Made by a program: the position numbers and the translations under genes. A model generated the notes under the pieces. That model saw only the letters and a list, made by a program, of their open reading frames with translations. It was not told the origin of the DNA and made no database searches. 64,000 nt of DNA from Octopus sinensis (taxonomy: Eukaryota), in contig NC_043001.1 in the NCBI RefSeq assembly GCF_006345805.1, positions 69,874,001 through 69,938,000 on the forward strand. Direction: 5' to 3'. Below are positions 38,969 through 52,378 of this stretch, one piece after another. Position 1 is the first letter of the stretch; each line of letters opens with the position of its first letter.

Positions 38969-39937
38969 ATGCATGTATGTATGAATGTATGCATGTATGT
39001 ATGTATTCTTTTATTCGTTTACATGCTTCAGCCATTTGATTGCGTCCATGCAGTATCACCGCCTTTAGTTAAAGAAATTGAAACAACTTATTCGTTGTAA
39101 GCCTAGTATTTATTACGTCAGTCTCTTTTTCTGGACTGCTAAGTTACTGGAACATAAACACACAAACATCGGTTATCAATCGACAAATTCAAACACACAA
39201 ACATATACATATATATACAAATACACACACACGCACACAGACATGCATACATACATCCATGTATATATATATATATTATATATATATATACATACTTACA
39301 TACATATACATATATATACATACTTACATACATATACATATATATATATAATATATATATATTATATATATATATATAATATATATATATATATATACAC
39401 ATATATATTCATGTGTCATAAATACTATATTGACTTACGAATGGTATGTGCAAAGATGACATCAGTATCATAGAAACTCAGAATGAAAGCAAACATTACA
39501 AGCCATATTTTGCGGTCTACAACATACTCTACCATACCAGAGTATTGTTATTTAGTGAAATCATTCATTGTGGCTATACATACATTTTAATTGGCTCTAT
39601 ATACGCACATTACTTGGGAATATGCATGCAAGAATTGCGAATATGTGTGTGTGTATATGTGTGTGCGCGTGTGTGTGTGTGTACATTAAGTGAGACTGCA
39701 TACACATATTGTTTACCGCTATATATATATGCAGCAATTGCGACTGTTTATAAACACATAAGTTGCGACAATATATGAACATCAATTGTATTTATATATA
39801 CTATTTAATTTATAGATATATAAATGCATTAATTGGAACGATACAGTGCACTGTAATTGTTACAATATAAGCACATTGTTTGGTGAGTTATATAGATAAC
39901 ATTTACAGCAAAATACACAAATTAATTGCCCATAAAC

Positions 39938-40163
39938 TGCAGCTATGTCCAAAGCGTATACAGAAGGATGAATAGAAAAACGAAAGAAATACGCTCTCAA
40001 CAGATGATGTCAGCAAATGTGTTCTTGATACAATCAATAGAAGGGCCACGGGATTGACTCAATGAGGAGACATCGTGGTTATTTGAAATCACAACAAAAA
40101 TTTCGTAAGACAATTTATTCAACAATCTAAGCAATGTGTTATAGGTATGTAGGAATGCATGTG

Positions 40164-40231
<68 letters not shown>

Positions 40232-40809
40232 CACATGCATTCCTACTTACCTATACACATTGCTTGGATTGTCTTACGAAATCTTTGAAACTTCTTAAGT
40301 TGTGATTTCAAATAACCACGTTTCTCCTCATTGAGTCAATTCCGTGGCCCTTCTATTGATTGTATCAAAAACACATTTGCTGACATCATCTGTTGAGAGC
40401 GTATTTCTTTCGTTTTTCTATTGAACCTTCTGTATACGCTTTGGACATAGCTGCATAGATGTGGCAACATTTGAAATTTTGTCTAGGTTTATGCAGCTGA
40501 TGAGGACAAATCAAATCTACGTTGTCAAACGTATTTGAAGAGTCTGAAACCGGTCCTGCATTATCCGTTTCTACGTTTTTCATTTTTCAGATGTTCTTCC
40601 TAGAAGTAAGACAAATTTTTTTCATGTTTGTTGCACACACACGTCTTTGCTAGTATATACGCAGTGAAGCTATACAATAGCGTCGTATTTATTACGATCG
40701 CTATTTTCCAATAAATATCGGTACTTCGTTGTACCATTCATTTACTTTTATATGTATATATATATATATACAATGTGTATACGTAAGTAGGAATGCATGT
40801 GCATACATG
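39938..40809. mobile_element. Palindromic hammerhead-bearing element cluster
   Basis: 39938-40171 is the reverse complement of 40224-40455 around (TA)n; first 39 nt repeated inverted at 40771-40809. Confidence 0.75.
40491..40561 (+). ncRNA. Canonical type I hammerhead ribozyme
   Basis: ATGCAG-CTGATGA-GGAC...GTCT-GAAA-CCGG-TC-CTGCAT; perfect 6-bp stem I. Confidence 0.88.
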
Positions 40810-40871
40810 TATATATATATATATGTTGATCCTGTATATATTATTCTCTCTCTGTTTATTTCCTCGTGTTC

Positions 40872-40907
40872 CTTTCTGTCGAAGAGCGTAGGCTCGAAAC
40901 GTAAGAC
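40872..40907 (+). ncRNA. Minimal hammerhead-like motif with atypical core (same family as 21618) in a PLE tail 40830-41000
   Basis: CTTT-CTGTCGAA-GAGC GTAG GCTC-GAAA-CG-TA-AG. Confidence 0.5.
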
Positions 40908-40995
40908 GTCTTCTCACTCTCCCGTGCGTTAAACTGATACACCTGTTTGTTGTTTCTACATCTATCGTCGTCTTTTGTGTTTGTGAATTTAACTA

Positions 40996-41046
<51 letters not shown>

Positions 41047-41047
41047 A

Positions 41048-41087
<40 letters not shown>

Positions 41088-41088
<1 letters not shown>

Positions 41089-43033
41089 TTTATTTTAAGC
41101 AGCAGAAAATTCAACAAAATCTGTTTTGCTAGGCTGGTTTTCTTCCTATTCTCTGGGTATTTAAAAGAATTCTTATGAGAATAAAATCTTGTTTTAAATG
41201 AATTTTCTGAAGCCCCTGTGTATGTCTTGTATTCCGATGAGCCTTCCACTTGCACCTTGGCTCTATAAACTACTCCTTTCACTAGACATTTCCCTTCTAA
41301 CGGACAGGAGCTTTCGTATTTGAAATTACATTTCTTAATGGGCTCGGCACCATGTCTAATCTCAATTAGCTTCCTATTATGTTGGCTAATGTAAGAGGCG
41401 AAATTTCTGCAACAAGAATAGCTAACCTTCAGGGTTCTTCTATTAAATATTCTGTAGAATTTATGACCCTGCTTAAAATGCTTAGAGACTAATCTCAAAA
41501 ATTCCTTACCTATATTAGTCTTTACGGCCAAATTGAAAGCCGGGTTGAACCACAAAACTTTCCTGGTCCTAGTTCTTCGTGCAGCATTATTATTAGCATT
41601 AAGCTGGTTGAACTGGATCTTCTCGAGAATCCACTATTCTTTAATGCGCTATCGTAATAAGGTGCAGCATTATGGAATGCTGCCTCGTCCGAAGAAATTG
41701 AAGATATTCTTCTACCTACATTGCTGACTAAGTTGCTAAGGATAACTGGTGGATGGTTCGAATCTTTGCTAATATACGATAGCTTTTCATTGGGCTTACG
41801 GAAAGGTTTAAATCTATCCGATCTTACATTAAAAATTACGTCTAAAAAATCTACACTATTCAGGTTAGCATCTATCGTAATCCGTAAGCCCATCCTTTGA
41901 AAGAAAGCTATAAGGTCCTTCCTAAGTCTATCTGATTCATGGCCGTTTAGATTATGCGTGGCTATAAGGCCGTCATCCCTATATAAACCTGCATCTATAA
42001 ATGGGAATTCTATTTTTAGATTATGGAGAATAAAGGCTCCTATGAGCATACATAATTCAGCCCCGTCGTATGCCCCCATCGGTACATCGAAAAGAGAATC
42101 CTCAGTCTTCTTAATCCAGGTGGAATCCTCGAAAAACAGAAGCGATTTCCTCGCATGCATAATAATTTCAATTTCCGAGCTATCGATGTTGACATACTGC
42201 TTGGCGAAGTCCAATGCCCTTAGGAGCAACGTCCTAGATATCGACGGGTAAAAGTCAATAATGTCGAATTGTGTGAAACTACAATTATTCTTATAGCTAA
42301 TACCTTTAAATCACTCTATAACTGACTTACTATTCTTCCAAATTCTCAAGTCTACTTCACTATCTAACTTAACTAAAATACGGTCCAAAATATTTTTGCT
42401 AATAATTCCTATCTCAGTTTTAGCCGGATTTATCAATCTACATTTGGGGTTTCTACTAAAATTGTCTTTATGGTCTTTCAGAGTAATAAAAGCTGGTCGT
42501 GGTGAAAGGTATTCAATCCTATCGCTAATCTTAAGATCGTTAGCTATTCCTCTTGCTTCTAAGTTCACCTCTTTGTATATATTCGTGTTGTCTTTTTTGT
42601 ATGTGTCCGTGACACTATTCGAAATCAGGCGTTTATAAACGTCCTTATCAAGTGCATATAAGTTCCTTGTCTTGTCAGAATTAACGAAGATCTTATTCGA
42701 GTCGTTAATCTCCTTAATTTTTTCTCTCATGTTTTTTTGCAATTGGTTGGTATATTTGCAGAATTTAATTTTCCTAATAAGCTCGAAGAGGTCTTTCTCG
42801 AAGGCTTCTAATTCCGGAATCGGTGGCGGGTTTCTGGGAGATTTAAATCCATATTTGTTTCCTTCTATTTTCTGTTTATTATCAAAGAAGAAGGCTTTCC
42901 ATCTCAGTCTTCTAATAAACTCTTCCGTTTTCTCTATAAGACCTTTGATATATTGTTTCCGTGCAGGGATAGGTATATTTCTCTGAGAAAAATCCAGCGG
43001 GTAAAGTTCCATCTTTTTCACACATTTCGACAT
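41088..43033 (-). pseudogene. PLE RT-GIY-YIG polyprotein with one stop (42311), one frameshift (~41620) and truncated C-terminus
   Basis: ORFs 42311..43033, 41522..42229 and 40989..41555 are colinear pieces. Confidence 0.9.
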
Positions 43034-43930
43034 TATTGACTTTTACCCGTCGATATCTAGGACGTTGCTCCTAAGGGCATTGGACTTCGCCAAGCAGTAT
43101 GTCAACATCGATAGCTCGGAAATTGAAATTATTATGCATGCGAGGAAATCGCTTCTGTTTTTCGAGGATTCCACCTGGATTAAGAAGACTGAGGATTCTC
43201 TTTTCGATGTACCGATAGGGGCATACGACGGGGCTGAATTATGTATGCTCATAGGAGCCCTTATTCTCCATAATCTAAAAGTAGAATTCCCATTTATAGA
43301 TGCAGGTTTATATAGGGATGACGGCCTTATAGCCACGCATAATCTAAACGGCCATGAATCAGATAGACTTAGGAAGGACCTTATAGCTTTCTTTCAAAGG
43401 ATGGGCTTACGGATTACGATAGATGCTAACCTGAATAGTGTAGATCCAGTTCAACCAGCTTAATGCTAATAATAATGCTGCACGAAGAACTAGGACCAGG
43501 AAAGTTTTGTGGTTCAACCCGGCTTTCAATTTGGCCGTAAAGACTACTATAGGTAAGGAATTTTTGAGATTAGTCTCTAAGCATTTTAAGCAGGGTCATA
43601 AATTCTACAGAATATTTAATAGAAGAACCCTGAAGGTTAGCTATTCTTGTTGCAGAAATTTCGCCTCTTACATTAGCCAACATAATAGGAAGCTAATTGA
43701 GATTAGACATGGTGCCGAGCCCATTAAGAAATGTAATTTCAAAAACGAAAGCTCCTGTCCGTTAGAAGGGAAATGTCTAGTGAAAGGAGTAGTTTATAGA
43801 GCCAAGGTGCAAGTGGAAGGCTCATCGGAATACAAGTCATACACAGGGGCTTCAGAAAATTCATTTAAAACAAGATTTTATTCTCATAAGAATTCTTTTA
43901 AATACCCAGAGAATAGGAAGAAAACCAGCC
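43034..43930 (+). pseudogene. Inverted partial PLE RT/GIY-YIG copy with 232-bp internal deletion
   Basis: ORFs 43065..43463 and 43507..44100. Confidence 0.9.
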
Positions 43931-44043
43931 TAGCAAAACAGATTTTGTTGAATTTTCTGCTGCTTAAAATAAAGCATATTACTCTACCACTGGTATTTGA
44001 GTACTCTTTTTTCCACCTTGTTTCACATCTATGTGTTTACTCC

Positions 44044-44136
<93 letters not shown>

Positions 44137-44408
44137 ACTGTGGATAGATAGATGTGTGTGTGTCTGTGTTTTTGTGGGCGAGTTGTATGATTTGTATGTC
44201 TCGGTGTGTGAGACACACACATAAAGATATTTATCTGTGTATAATGTTTGTGCTTGCACACGCATATTTTAGTGTGAAATGAAGTAAGTTCGCCAATATG
44301 TTCTATAAATAAATATTTGTAAATCTAAAATTGGTTTGGCTCTATATGTATTTTGAAGATATATGATCGTCTTCTTTGGCAAGCTTTATATAGAAGCATA
44401 CATACGAT

Positions 44409-44460
<52 letters not shown>

Positions 44461-45129
44461 TTTATATGCACTCATAAGCATATGCATGCACACACACACA
44501 CACATATATATATGTATTTATATGCATAACCATGCATACACACACATGTACTTATATATAAATTGCACTCATACGTACATACACATCTGCAGATATGAAC
44601 AAATGGCAAGTTGCCCTTAGAAAACAATATGAAAGCTCCTCTTCCAATAGCAGCTACTCCAGTACTGTCAACAACATTAACCTTTTACTACCACCACCAA
44701 CTTCACAGGCACCACCGTTACAACTACATTCATTACAAGTACTACCTAACTGATACACACAACTACAGCCAGATCACAACCCAACAGAAGACAAATAAAA
44801 TCATTATTAACTACACTGCTATAATTATAACCAATAAGTTCTAATGAACTACATACATGAAACTTTTTTAATTACCGAAAAGAACTACATAATATCAGTT
44901 AGCCTCATCAAAAAAACATTCAAATATCACAGCATATATGCGTTACTAAACTCCGAAAAGTAAATTTCAGAATTTTATAAATAAAAGACCATGCAAAAGC
45001 TGCTACTAGAAATAACCTCAGTCAGCCGGAGGGACAAAATAGCTACACCTCAGCATGAATTGGCTAAGTCACCTACTTCTCTCTTGTTAATCATGGACTG
45101 GAGAAGCTGTGTAAATGCCTGGAGTTAAC

Positions 45130-45720
45130 TTGGAAATAGGGTCACCAGCTTAAAGCCGTCATGTGCCTAGATGTAGATGTGATAGCAATTATTGAGATCA
45201 GAGTTTCCAATCTAAAAGCCTTTGTGCCCCTTATTAGAGGATACGAAATTTATGTATCTCTAACTGGACTGGGATTGGGAGTCTAGGTAGTTGTGTTGAT
45301 TGGCAAATTTCTCTATCTCACAATATGTACCACTTTTCTAAACGCAGGCTGATGGCCCTGTATGTAAACATGAGCAAGATAAATAGGAACTGTCGGATAT
45401 GAAGCTAATTAGGCTCCATTCACGCATATTATTGTTAGCAATCTTAGATATATGTCTAGATTTTATAGGATTAGCTGATAGGAAAGGGCCGTGTAAAAAC
45501 CTCGCAGACTTGCTCAGATATTTACAACACATTGACTTGGTACCGTCTTGATATTCCGAATATGAAATTTGACATTGTGTATGTGAACAAATCTTATCGA
45601 GTCATCTAGGTCGTACCTAGAGAGTGTATGTTAGTAGATGACGATAGCATCGGTTGCTCATGTTTTAAATCTTCTGCAGTGACCCGGTTAGTGGAAGGTT
45701 ACCGCATCACTCACTCTGTG
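45130..45720 (+). pseudogene. Decayed Tx1/L1-type apurinic endonuclease fragment
   Basis: LDVDVIAIIEIR..GYEIYVS; ILDICLDFIG..RKGPCKNLADLL; SSRSYLESV (SRIDR-like). Confidence 0.55.
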
Positions 45721-46573
45721 TCATGCTTACTGATACCGGGTAAGTGAATTAGTTACACAGGTGCTGATAGGGTAAATCGTCAACAACACATCGTGGTTCG
45801 CACTCAAAAGGTAAGTTAGAGTAAAACCATTAGGTTTAATAAGATCGTAGCGATAAAGAAAAAAGTGGAACGCAGGGTGGCTTAGAAACAACCTGAAGTT
45901 GTTCTAAAATAGTTGCGCTACTACATGTCTCTCTCTCACTCATTTTCTCTCTTCCTCTCTATTATCTCTCTTTCTGCCACATCATTTACAAGTTAAATCG
46001 ACTTACAGTAAAGACGAACAGAACTATTAAAATATTCATTGTATGTTTTATATGACACAGGTTACAACTTCTTCAATAGAAAGTATTGCATAATAGTGAC
46101 TAGAACCTAAGTTTCAAATGATTGTTATGTAAATTAAAACTGACATGTGGCCAATTGTTAAGATCCATTTCACAGTTGTAGCACATCGAATCAATAACTT
46201 ATAAATCCACTATTCTGTTACCTTATTTCGTATTATATTCCATTGCATCCATTTGGCATAACTTACTCAAAGTTGCATGATTTCCCTCATCAACCAATCA
46301 CATATTTATTCACATCGTATTTTTTTCTTCGTAGTACTACTGTTTTCTTTTTGTGAAAGAAAACGACATCATGTTATTGCTGGTGTAAAACTTTTATAAT
46401 CTTCCATAATTTCTTCTCACAAATAATGAAGTGATAAATGCCCGTGCTCTAGGCTTTCATTTTAACTGGGAAAAATGTGTAGGGTTAGAGCCGGGAATCT
46501 AATGTGTTGCGTTGATTATCATCAATAATTTGCATTTGGGCAACTTTTGCAAGGAAGCTGTGTGCATGCGAGT

Positions 46574-46652
46574 AAGGCGTAGCTGTGTGGTAAGAAGTTG
46601 GCTTCCCCAAAACACACATACACACACACGCACACAGACTGACAGACATACG

Positions 46653-46722
<70 letters not shown>

Positions 46723-46944
46723 CGTGTGTGTTTTTGTGTTTGATTTTATCTCCCACCACCGCTTCACAACTGGTGCTGTTGTGTTTATGTACACGTCACT
46801 ATGCTGTACGGCTTAAGAGACTGACACAAAGTATACTAGGTTTACAACAAAAATAAGCCTTGGAGTCGATTTGTTAGACTACCCCCCTCAAAATGGTTGA
46901 CCCAGCATGGCCGCACTCAAATGACTGAAGAAAGTACAAGGTAA

Positions 46945-46950
<6 letters not shown>
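46574..46950 (+). mobile_element. Degenerate octopus-type SINE with internal (GATA)n
   Basis: AAGGCGTAGCTGTGTGGTAAG...CCAGCATGGCCGCACTCAAATGACTGAA. Confidence 0.7.
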
Positions 46951-46986
<36 letters not shown>

Positions 46987-46989
<3 letters not shown>

Positions 46990-48270
46990 CAGGTTATCCC
47001 ATAAGTTCTGTCCGAATTTTGAATAAAGAAAACAAGAGATCAAATGTTATATTTAATTTAAATTTAATCATCAATGTACTTTCCCCTGATTATCTATGAC
47101 TTCCTTCCATCTATTTACAAGCTTTTTAATCCCATCAATGTAAAATTCTTTTGCTTTCAAAACGAAGTACTCTGAAATGTCAGTTTCGATCTCCTCCTGG
47201 CTTGCGAAATTTATGTACCACGAATGATTCTGTAAACTACGAAACAAATGCTAGTCTGAAGGAGCAAGGTCAGGAGAAAAAGGTGACTGAGGATATATTT
47301 CCCAACCAAACTCGTCGATCTTCAGTGATGTGATCTTTACAGTGTGGGGTCGCGCATTGTTCTGATGAAGCATCATTCCTTTTCGATTCACATAGGCGAG
47401 TCTTTTTTTTTTCTTCAAAGCTTGTTTCAAACGCTCTAATTGCTGACTGTAGACTTGAGTATTGATTGTTGCATTAGGTGATACCAATTCAAAGTGAATT
47501 GCACCTTTGCAATCCCACCAGATTGAGAGAACTTTTTTCTGTGAAGTTCCTTTCTCGGTTGTGGTTGAGGTTTTTCGCTTTTACAAAGACACTGTTTAAG
47601 ACTTTTAACATTTCGATAGAAAATCTATTTTTCGTCACCAGTCACAAGTCTATCCAAAAAGGGTGAAATGAGTTCGCGAGAAAAAGCAGATGTCAACTCG
47701 TGATTTGCGGTTGCTTTCGGGCATTTCATGAGTCACCCATTTTCCAAGTTAATTAACCTTTCCAAGTTTTCGAAGATAAGGATGAACAGTTGTATGGTTT
47801 GAACTAAGCTTTATTGCCAATTCTTCAACTGATAATGCAGAATTTTCTTCAAGTAATACCTCAAGGAGCTTGTCATCAAACTCAACTGGACGTCCTGTTC
47901 GATCTTCACCTTCAAGGCTGAAATCTCCACTTCTGAATTTTGCAAACCATCTTTTCTGCAAGTTCTTTCATTCAAGCATTCTTTCCCATAGGCTGAGTGT
48001 ATGTTTCGAGTTACTTCGGCTGCAGAGTTTCCTTTTTTGTACTCATAAATCATAATGTGGCTTAAATGCTCTTTCGATACTCACATGTTAGAAAGAGTTT
48101 TAATCAAATAAATTTTAATTCTATTATTCTGTAAAATAATATTTAATTAGTTTAAATGTACACAAATGCATTAAAATAATTTTTAATTCCATTAGACATT
48201 CTAAAATACTATTAAATTTCATTCAATTTTAAAAAAGGTAAAACCGGACAGAACTTATGGGTTGACTTTA
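46987..48270 (-). mobile_element. Degenerate mariner transposon
   Basis: TIRs TA-TCAGGTTATCCCATAAGTTCTGTCCG / CGGACAGAACTTATGGGTTGACTT-TA; RWFAKFRSGDFSLE..RTGRP, LHQNNARPH, SPFSPDLAPSD. Confidence 0.92.
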
Positions 48271-49854
48271 TCTATCTATATATATAAAACTGAGAATGTG
48301 TGTCTGTCTGTCTGTCTGTCTGTGTGTTTCCCTAAAACTTGAGAACTACACGACAACTTTCATTCAAATTTTACACATGCCTTACTTAGGGTCCATGTAG
48401 TGTCAGGGGCAAAACAAAATTTTCAACTTCTTGCCTAGGGCGAGCCCATAGTAATATCATATCTTCTCCACTATTTCAGTATTACGTGTTAAAAGTGAAA
48501 CAAATACATCTCTATTTTATGTCAGATACTTTCACCTTAACAATAAAAATTAGAGATAATGATAATTGAATTATATGTAGTAAGTAATAATTAAAATCAA
48601 ACTAAAGTATAATATAATAATTAAATCGTAACATAACAATTAAAACCAAAAATAGCAATTGGTATAAAATTGCATCAATGACTTCAACTTGAATAAGTGG
48701 TTTCACATGAATAAATTAAAAATAAAGTTAAAGTGCAGAAATGGAATAGTCCAGATGGAGCTGTGCACATACCCTTTACCAAGGCTTTTACGTTAGATTA
48801 TCTGCTAATTATTAGCATTAAGTATCTATATGAGGTTTGGCTGTATGTAATGTCTGTTTTCTCGAACAGACGTTTCTACTGAGTACTGCTGTTGGTTTAT
48901 TTCTTATCCATAAAGGACTATAGCTTCAACTGAGTACTGCGTTTTGATTTGTTGTTATTATTATTACTGTTTAACTATTATTATCACGTTTGTTGGTTCC
49001 TCGTATGGGAAGCGTTGTTGTGTTGCATTTGTTAAATAATTGTAAACCGTATTCCACCCCTTTGGGAGAAGGAGCTTTGGTTATTGTTTCAAAATTGAAC
49101 TGTGTCCCAGTTTGTGGAAATTGACAATATTTTCACCGTTTATACGGAAGCATTTTTGTTAAAAAGTCTTCGATAGAAGAAAGTCCAAAAATGAATTTCG
49201 CTGCAGCCGTCGGCGGGCACGAGCTCATTAAAATTAAAATGGAAGAAATACAAACCTATTTCGGATTGATCAGCGACAGAGACGGTGAATCTAAACGAAA
49301 TAAAAAATTAAATTAAAGAAAAGACTATTGTCTATAAAGTATAAAATGTAGAGAAAAAAAGATTTGAACACCTGGAGGAAAGCACTATTGAAAAGTGTCT
49401 TGGTGCGACTATGGAAGATATCAAGTATCTAACCAGAGGCGGTAAATTCGCCACAATAGAAGCAAGGTTCGCGTCAACGGAGCGTGCAAGGGAGTACTCG
49501 ACTCGAACCTTGCAAAGTGGAAATATTTTATTTTACCTTTATATCTGGGACGTAGGATGTCCCGGATAAAGATTTAAAATGTCCCCCCAGAAGTAGAGGA
49601 AGGCTGGATTGTAGCCACACTTCTATACAAGAGGGAGGACAAGATACAATTGATCGAAATTGCAAGAGATGGGCCTACAATTCCAGTCTGTTATATATTT
49701 TGAGTATTGTTATCACTAGCGATATCAAGATATATATTTTGTATTTTATGTGTAGATGTATATATATAGATGTACATGTAATATGTACACATATATATAC
49801 ACATATATGCATGCACTAGCACTATGACCCGGCAACGCCGGGCCATAATGCTAG
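48271..49854 (+). mobile_element. Complete non-autonomous Helitron (~1.58 kb)
   Basis: A|TC 5' end, 3' hairpin CCCGGCAACGCCGGG (49828-49842) then CTAG|T. Confidence 0.9.
49320..49690 (+). pseudogene. LINE ORF1-like fragment inside the Helitron
   Basis: KTIVYKV.NVEKKRFEHLEESTIEKCLG..YLTRGGKFATIEARF...YLGRRMSRIKI.NVPPEVEEGWIVATLL; resemblance to L1/Tx1 ORF1 judged by eye. Confidence 0.5.
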
Positions 49855-49938
49855 TATATCTATATATATGGCAAATGGAAAACGGAAGATGGAATATACG
49901 AGCATTTATTATTAATCCGGACAATTATTTCCTCATAT

Positions 49939-50364
49939 CTAGCATCGATCCCTTACGAAAGGGACTCTCAACAACTGGTTCAGGAGCATCCGGCGCTCTA
50001 GATGTATCCCGCCCGGTGATAAATAAATATCAATTGTTAAAATTACGATTCCACAATGTAACGTCTCGTTTGTAGAAAGAGAAGCAGCCAGACAGATGAA
50101 ATATCTTCTTTTCTAATACTTTTCTCGTTGGATTGCATGTTCGTTTCTCTTTTATTCCATCTGAGATTTTATTTCTGATATTCTAATAAATGAAGATATT
50201 TCCTCTGCCTGGCTGCTTTTCTTTCTACAAAACGAGAAGTTACATTGCGGAATTGTTATATCAACAAGTTGTATGTATCACCCGACCAGATACATCTTCA
50301 CTGCTAGATGCTTCTGAACCAGTGGCTGAGTGTCTCACGCATGAGGTAAACGACTAGATGCTAT
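49939..50364. mobile_element. Diverged foldback element (~170-bp arms)
   Basis: TAGCATC...ACTGGTTCAG..GTAGAAAGAGAAGCAGCCAG..AAATATCTTC inverted at 50192-50364. Confidence 0.7.
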
Positions 50365-50599
50365 TTTTCTCTCTCTCTTTAATCTTTTCACTTTTCAAAA
50401 AATCTCTCTCCAAGCGATCTGTATTTTCCTTTCGTTCGGTTTCTTTGTATGTCACCTCTGTAATGTTTTCGTTTCTAACGTTGAACGCCCATAGATCCAA
50501 AATTTTATTTTAGAATTTATGGCAGCTCATATTAGGTTCATATTGTTGTTCGAATGCTCGAAATGAGGGATACATATAATTTATATATATAATATATAT

Positions 50600-50648
<49 letters not shown>

Positions 50649-50697
50649 ATATATACATGCACATATATGTATGTACATATATATATATGTATATATA

Positions 50698-50728
<31 letters not shown>

Positions 50729-51442
50729 GATAGATATGTGTGTGTGTGTGTGGGTGTGTGGGTGTGTATATATATATGTATATATATATATATATATGTA
50801 TGTATATACATATATATATATACACACACACACACAAACAATTTTATGTATTTTCATTGATGTCTAGCATATCATTGCGCGACTTGGTGTGTGATAAGAG
50901 CTTTTTTGTTATGATTGGATCATATGGTCTCTTATGTTTGTTTATGGATGTTTAACATTTGGTCCATAATAGTTTATGACCCTTTTATTGGGTGGCATCT
51001 TTGGAAATGGGTTAAAATATCACTTTTAACCTAATAAGCTACGACTATTTACTTTATTAAAAATTATTGCTCGATATAAGTACATTAGTGATGTACGTCT
51101 GTATGGGTTTGATTGTATGAATTGCGAGCAAAGTGTGTTTTAATTAGTTTGCAAATACTTTTGTATATTTACTCGTGTGAGTGAGTGTGTGTGTATGTGT
51201 GAGCATGTATGAGTGTGTGTAAGTGTGTGTGTCAGTGTGTATGCGTTTAGCAAAAGATTAAATATATGGATTCATTTTTGGAGCCATAAGTTTAAATTAT
51301 GTCGGACTAATGTGAGCGTAAATTTATAGTACGTGAGAAGAATGGATTGATATTTGCTTCGAATCAAAGTTTCGGACTATGTGATATATACATATATATA
51401 TACATGAGTGTGCGTGCGTTTGCGTGTTGTATTTATGCATGT

Positions 51443-51485
<43 letters not shown>

Positions 51486-52299
51486 ATATATATATATGTG
51501 TGTATACATATATATATATATATATATACTTATATATATATTCATGTATATCCATGTATATATATGTATATATTCATATATATCCATGTATATATATATA
51601 CACATATATATACATATATATCCATATATTTATATATGTATACATGCATATATATTCATATATATACATGCATTCATATATATATATATATATATCGAGA
51701 GAGAGAAGGTTAGAGAGATATATAGATATCGTTATACATAAGCGTATATATCGTACAATTTAATTTAATTATTTGTGCCTCATTGTATAACACTTCAAAC
51801 CACCTCCGTATAGCGTATTTTTCAGTATTGTATTTTCATTAGCGGATTTACAATGGTGTAATGGTGTTTCATTAATATTCTTAGCAAATACTAAAAATGA
51901 ATCCACAAATAAATATATAAATAAAATAAGTAAATAAATAAATAAGTAAATAAGTAAATATATCGATCAATGAATGACTTAAGCGAATAACTTTGACAGT
52001 TTTCAGGGCTTACTAAAATCCTAGTCGGAAACGACGTGTAAATGCATTCCTATAACAAACTGTGTTGAACAGTCTCATTGTGGAAGAATTCAATCAGTCA
52101 TAATTAATATATGAATAACTTATCAGATCAGAACACTTCAAGAATACTTCTAGCTACAACAATTTCAGAAAACCAAATATATTCTAATTTAATTTGATTG
52201 CCTCAGCTTATTGAAGTAGTGTCATGATATGTGAAATTCTAATCACCATTGATGACTATTAATAGAAATAAAATTTTATAGAACTATTAATAAATCATA

Positions 52300-52378
<79 letters not shown>

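Larger units (their letters stand above)
41088..44045. mobile_element. Young Penelope-like element: near full-length minus copy (41088-43033) plus inverted partial plus copy (43034-44045)
   Basis: RT motifs FDIIDFYPSI, VPMGAYDGAE, LYRDDG, WFNPAF; GIY-YIG VYRA..YTGAS..R; arms ~99% identical. Confidence 0.95.

Noticed and set aside
42311-42313. In-frame TGA in the PLE ORF as possible selenocysteine (reported for some PLE clades)
   Set aside because: Context VIE*FK fits a Trp codon (TGG->TGA) rather than a Cys position; the copy also has a frameshift and no SECIS was identified
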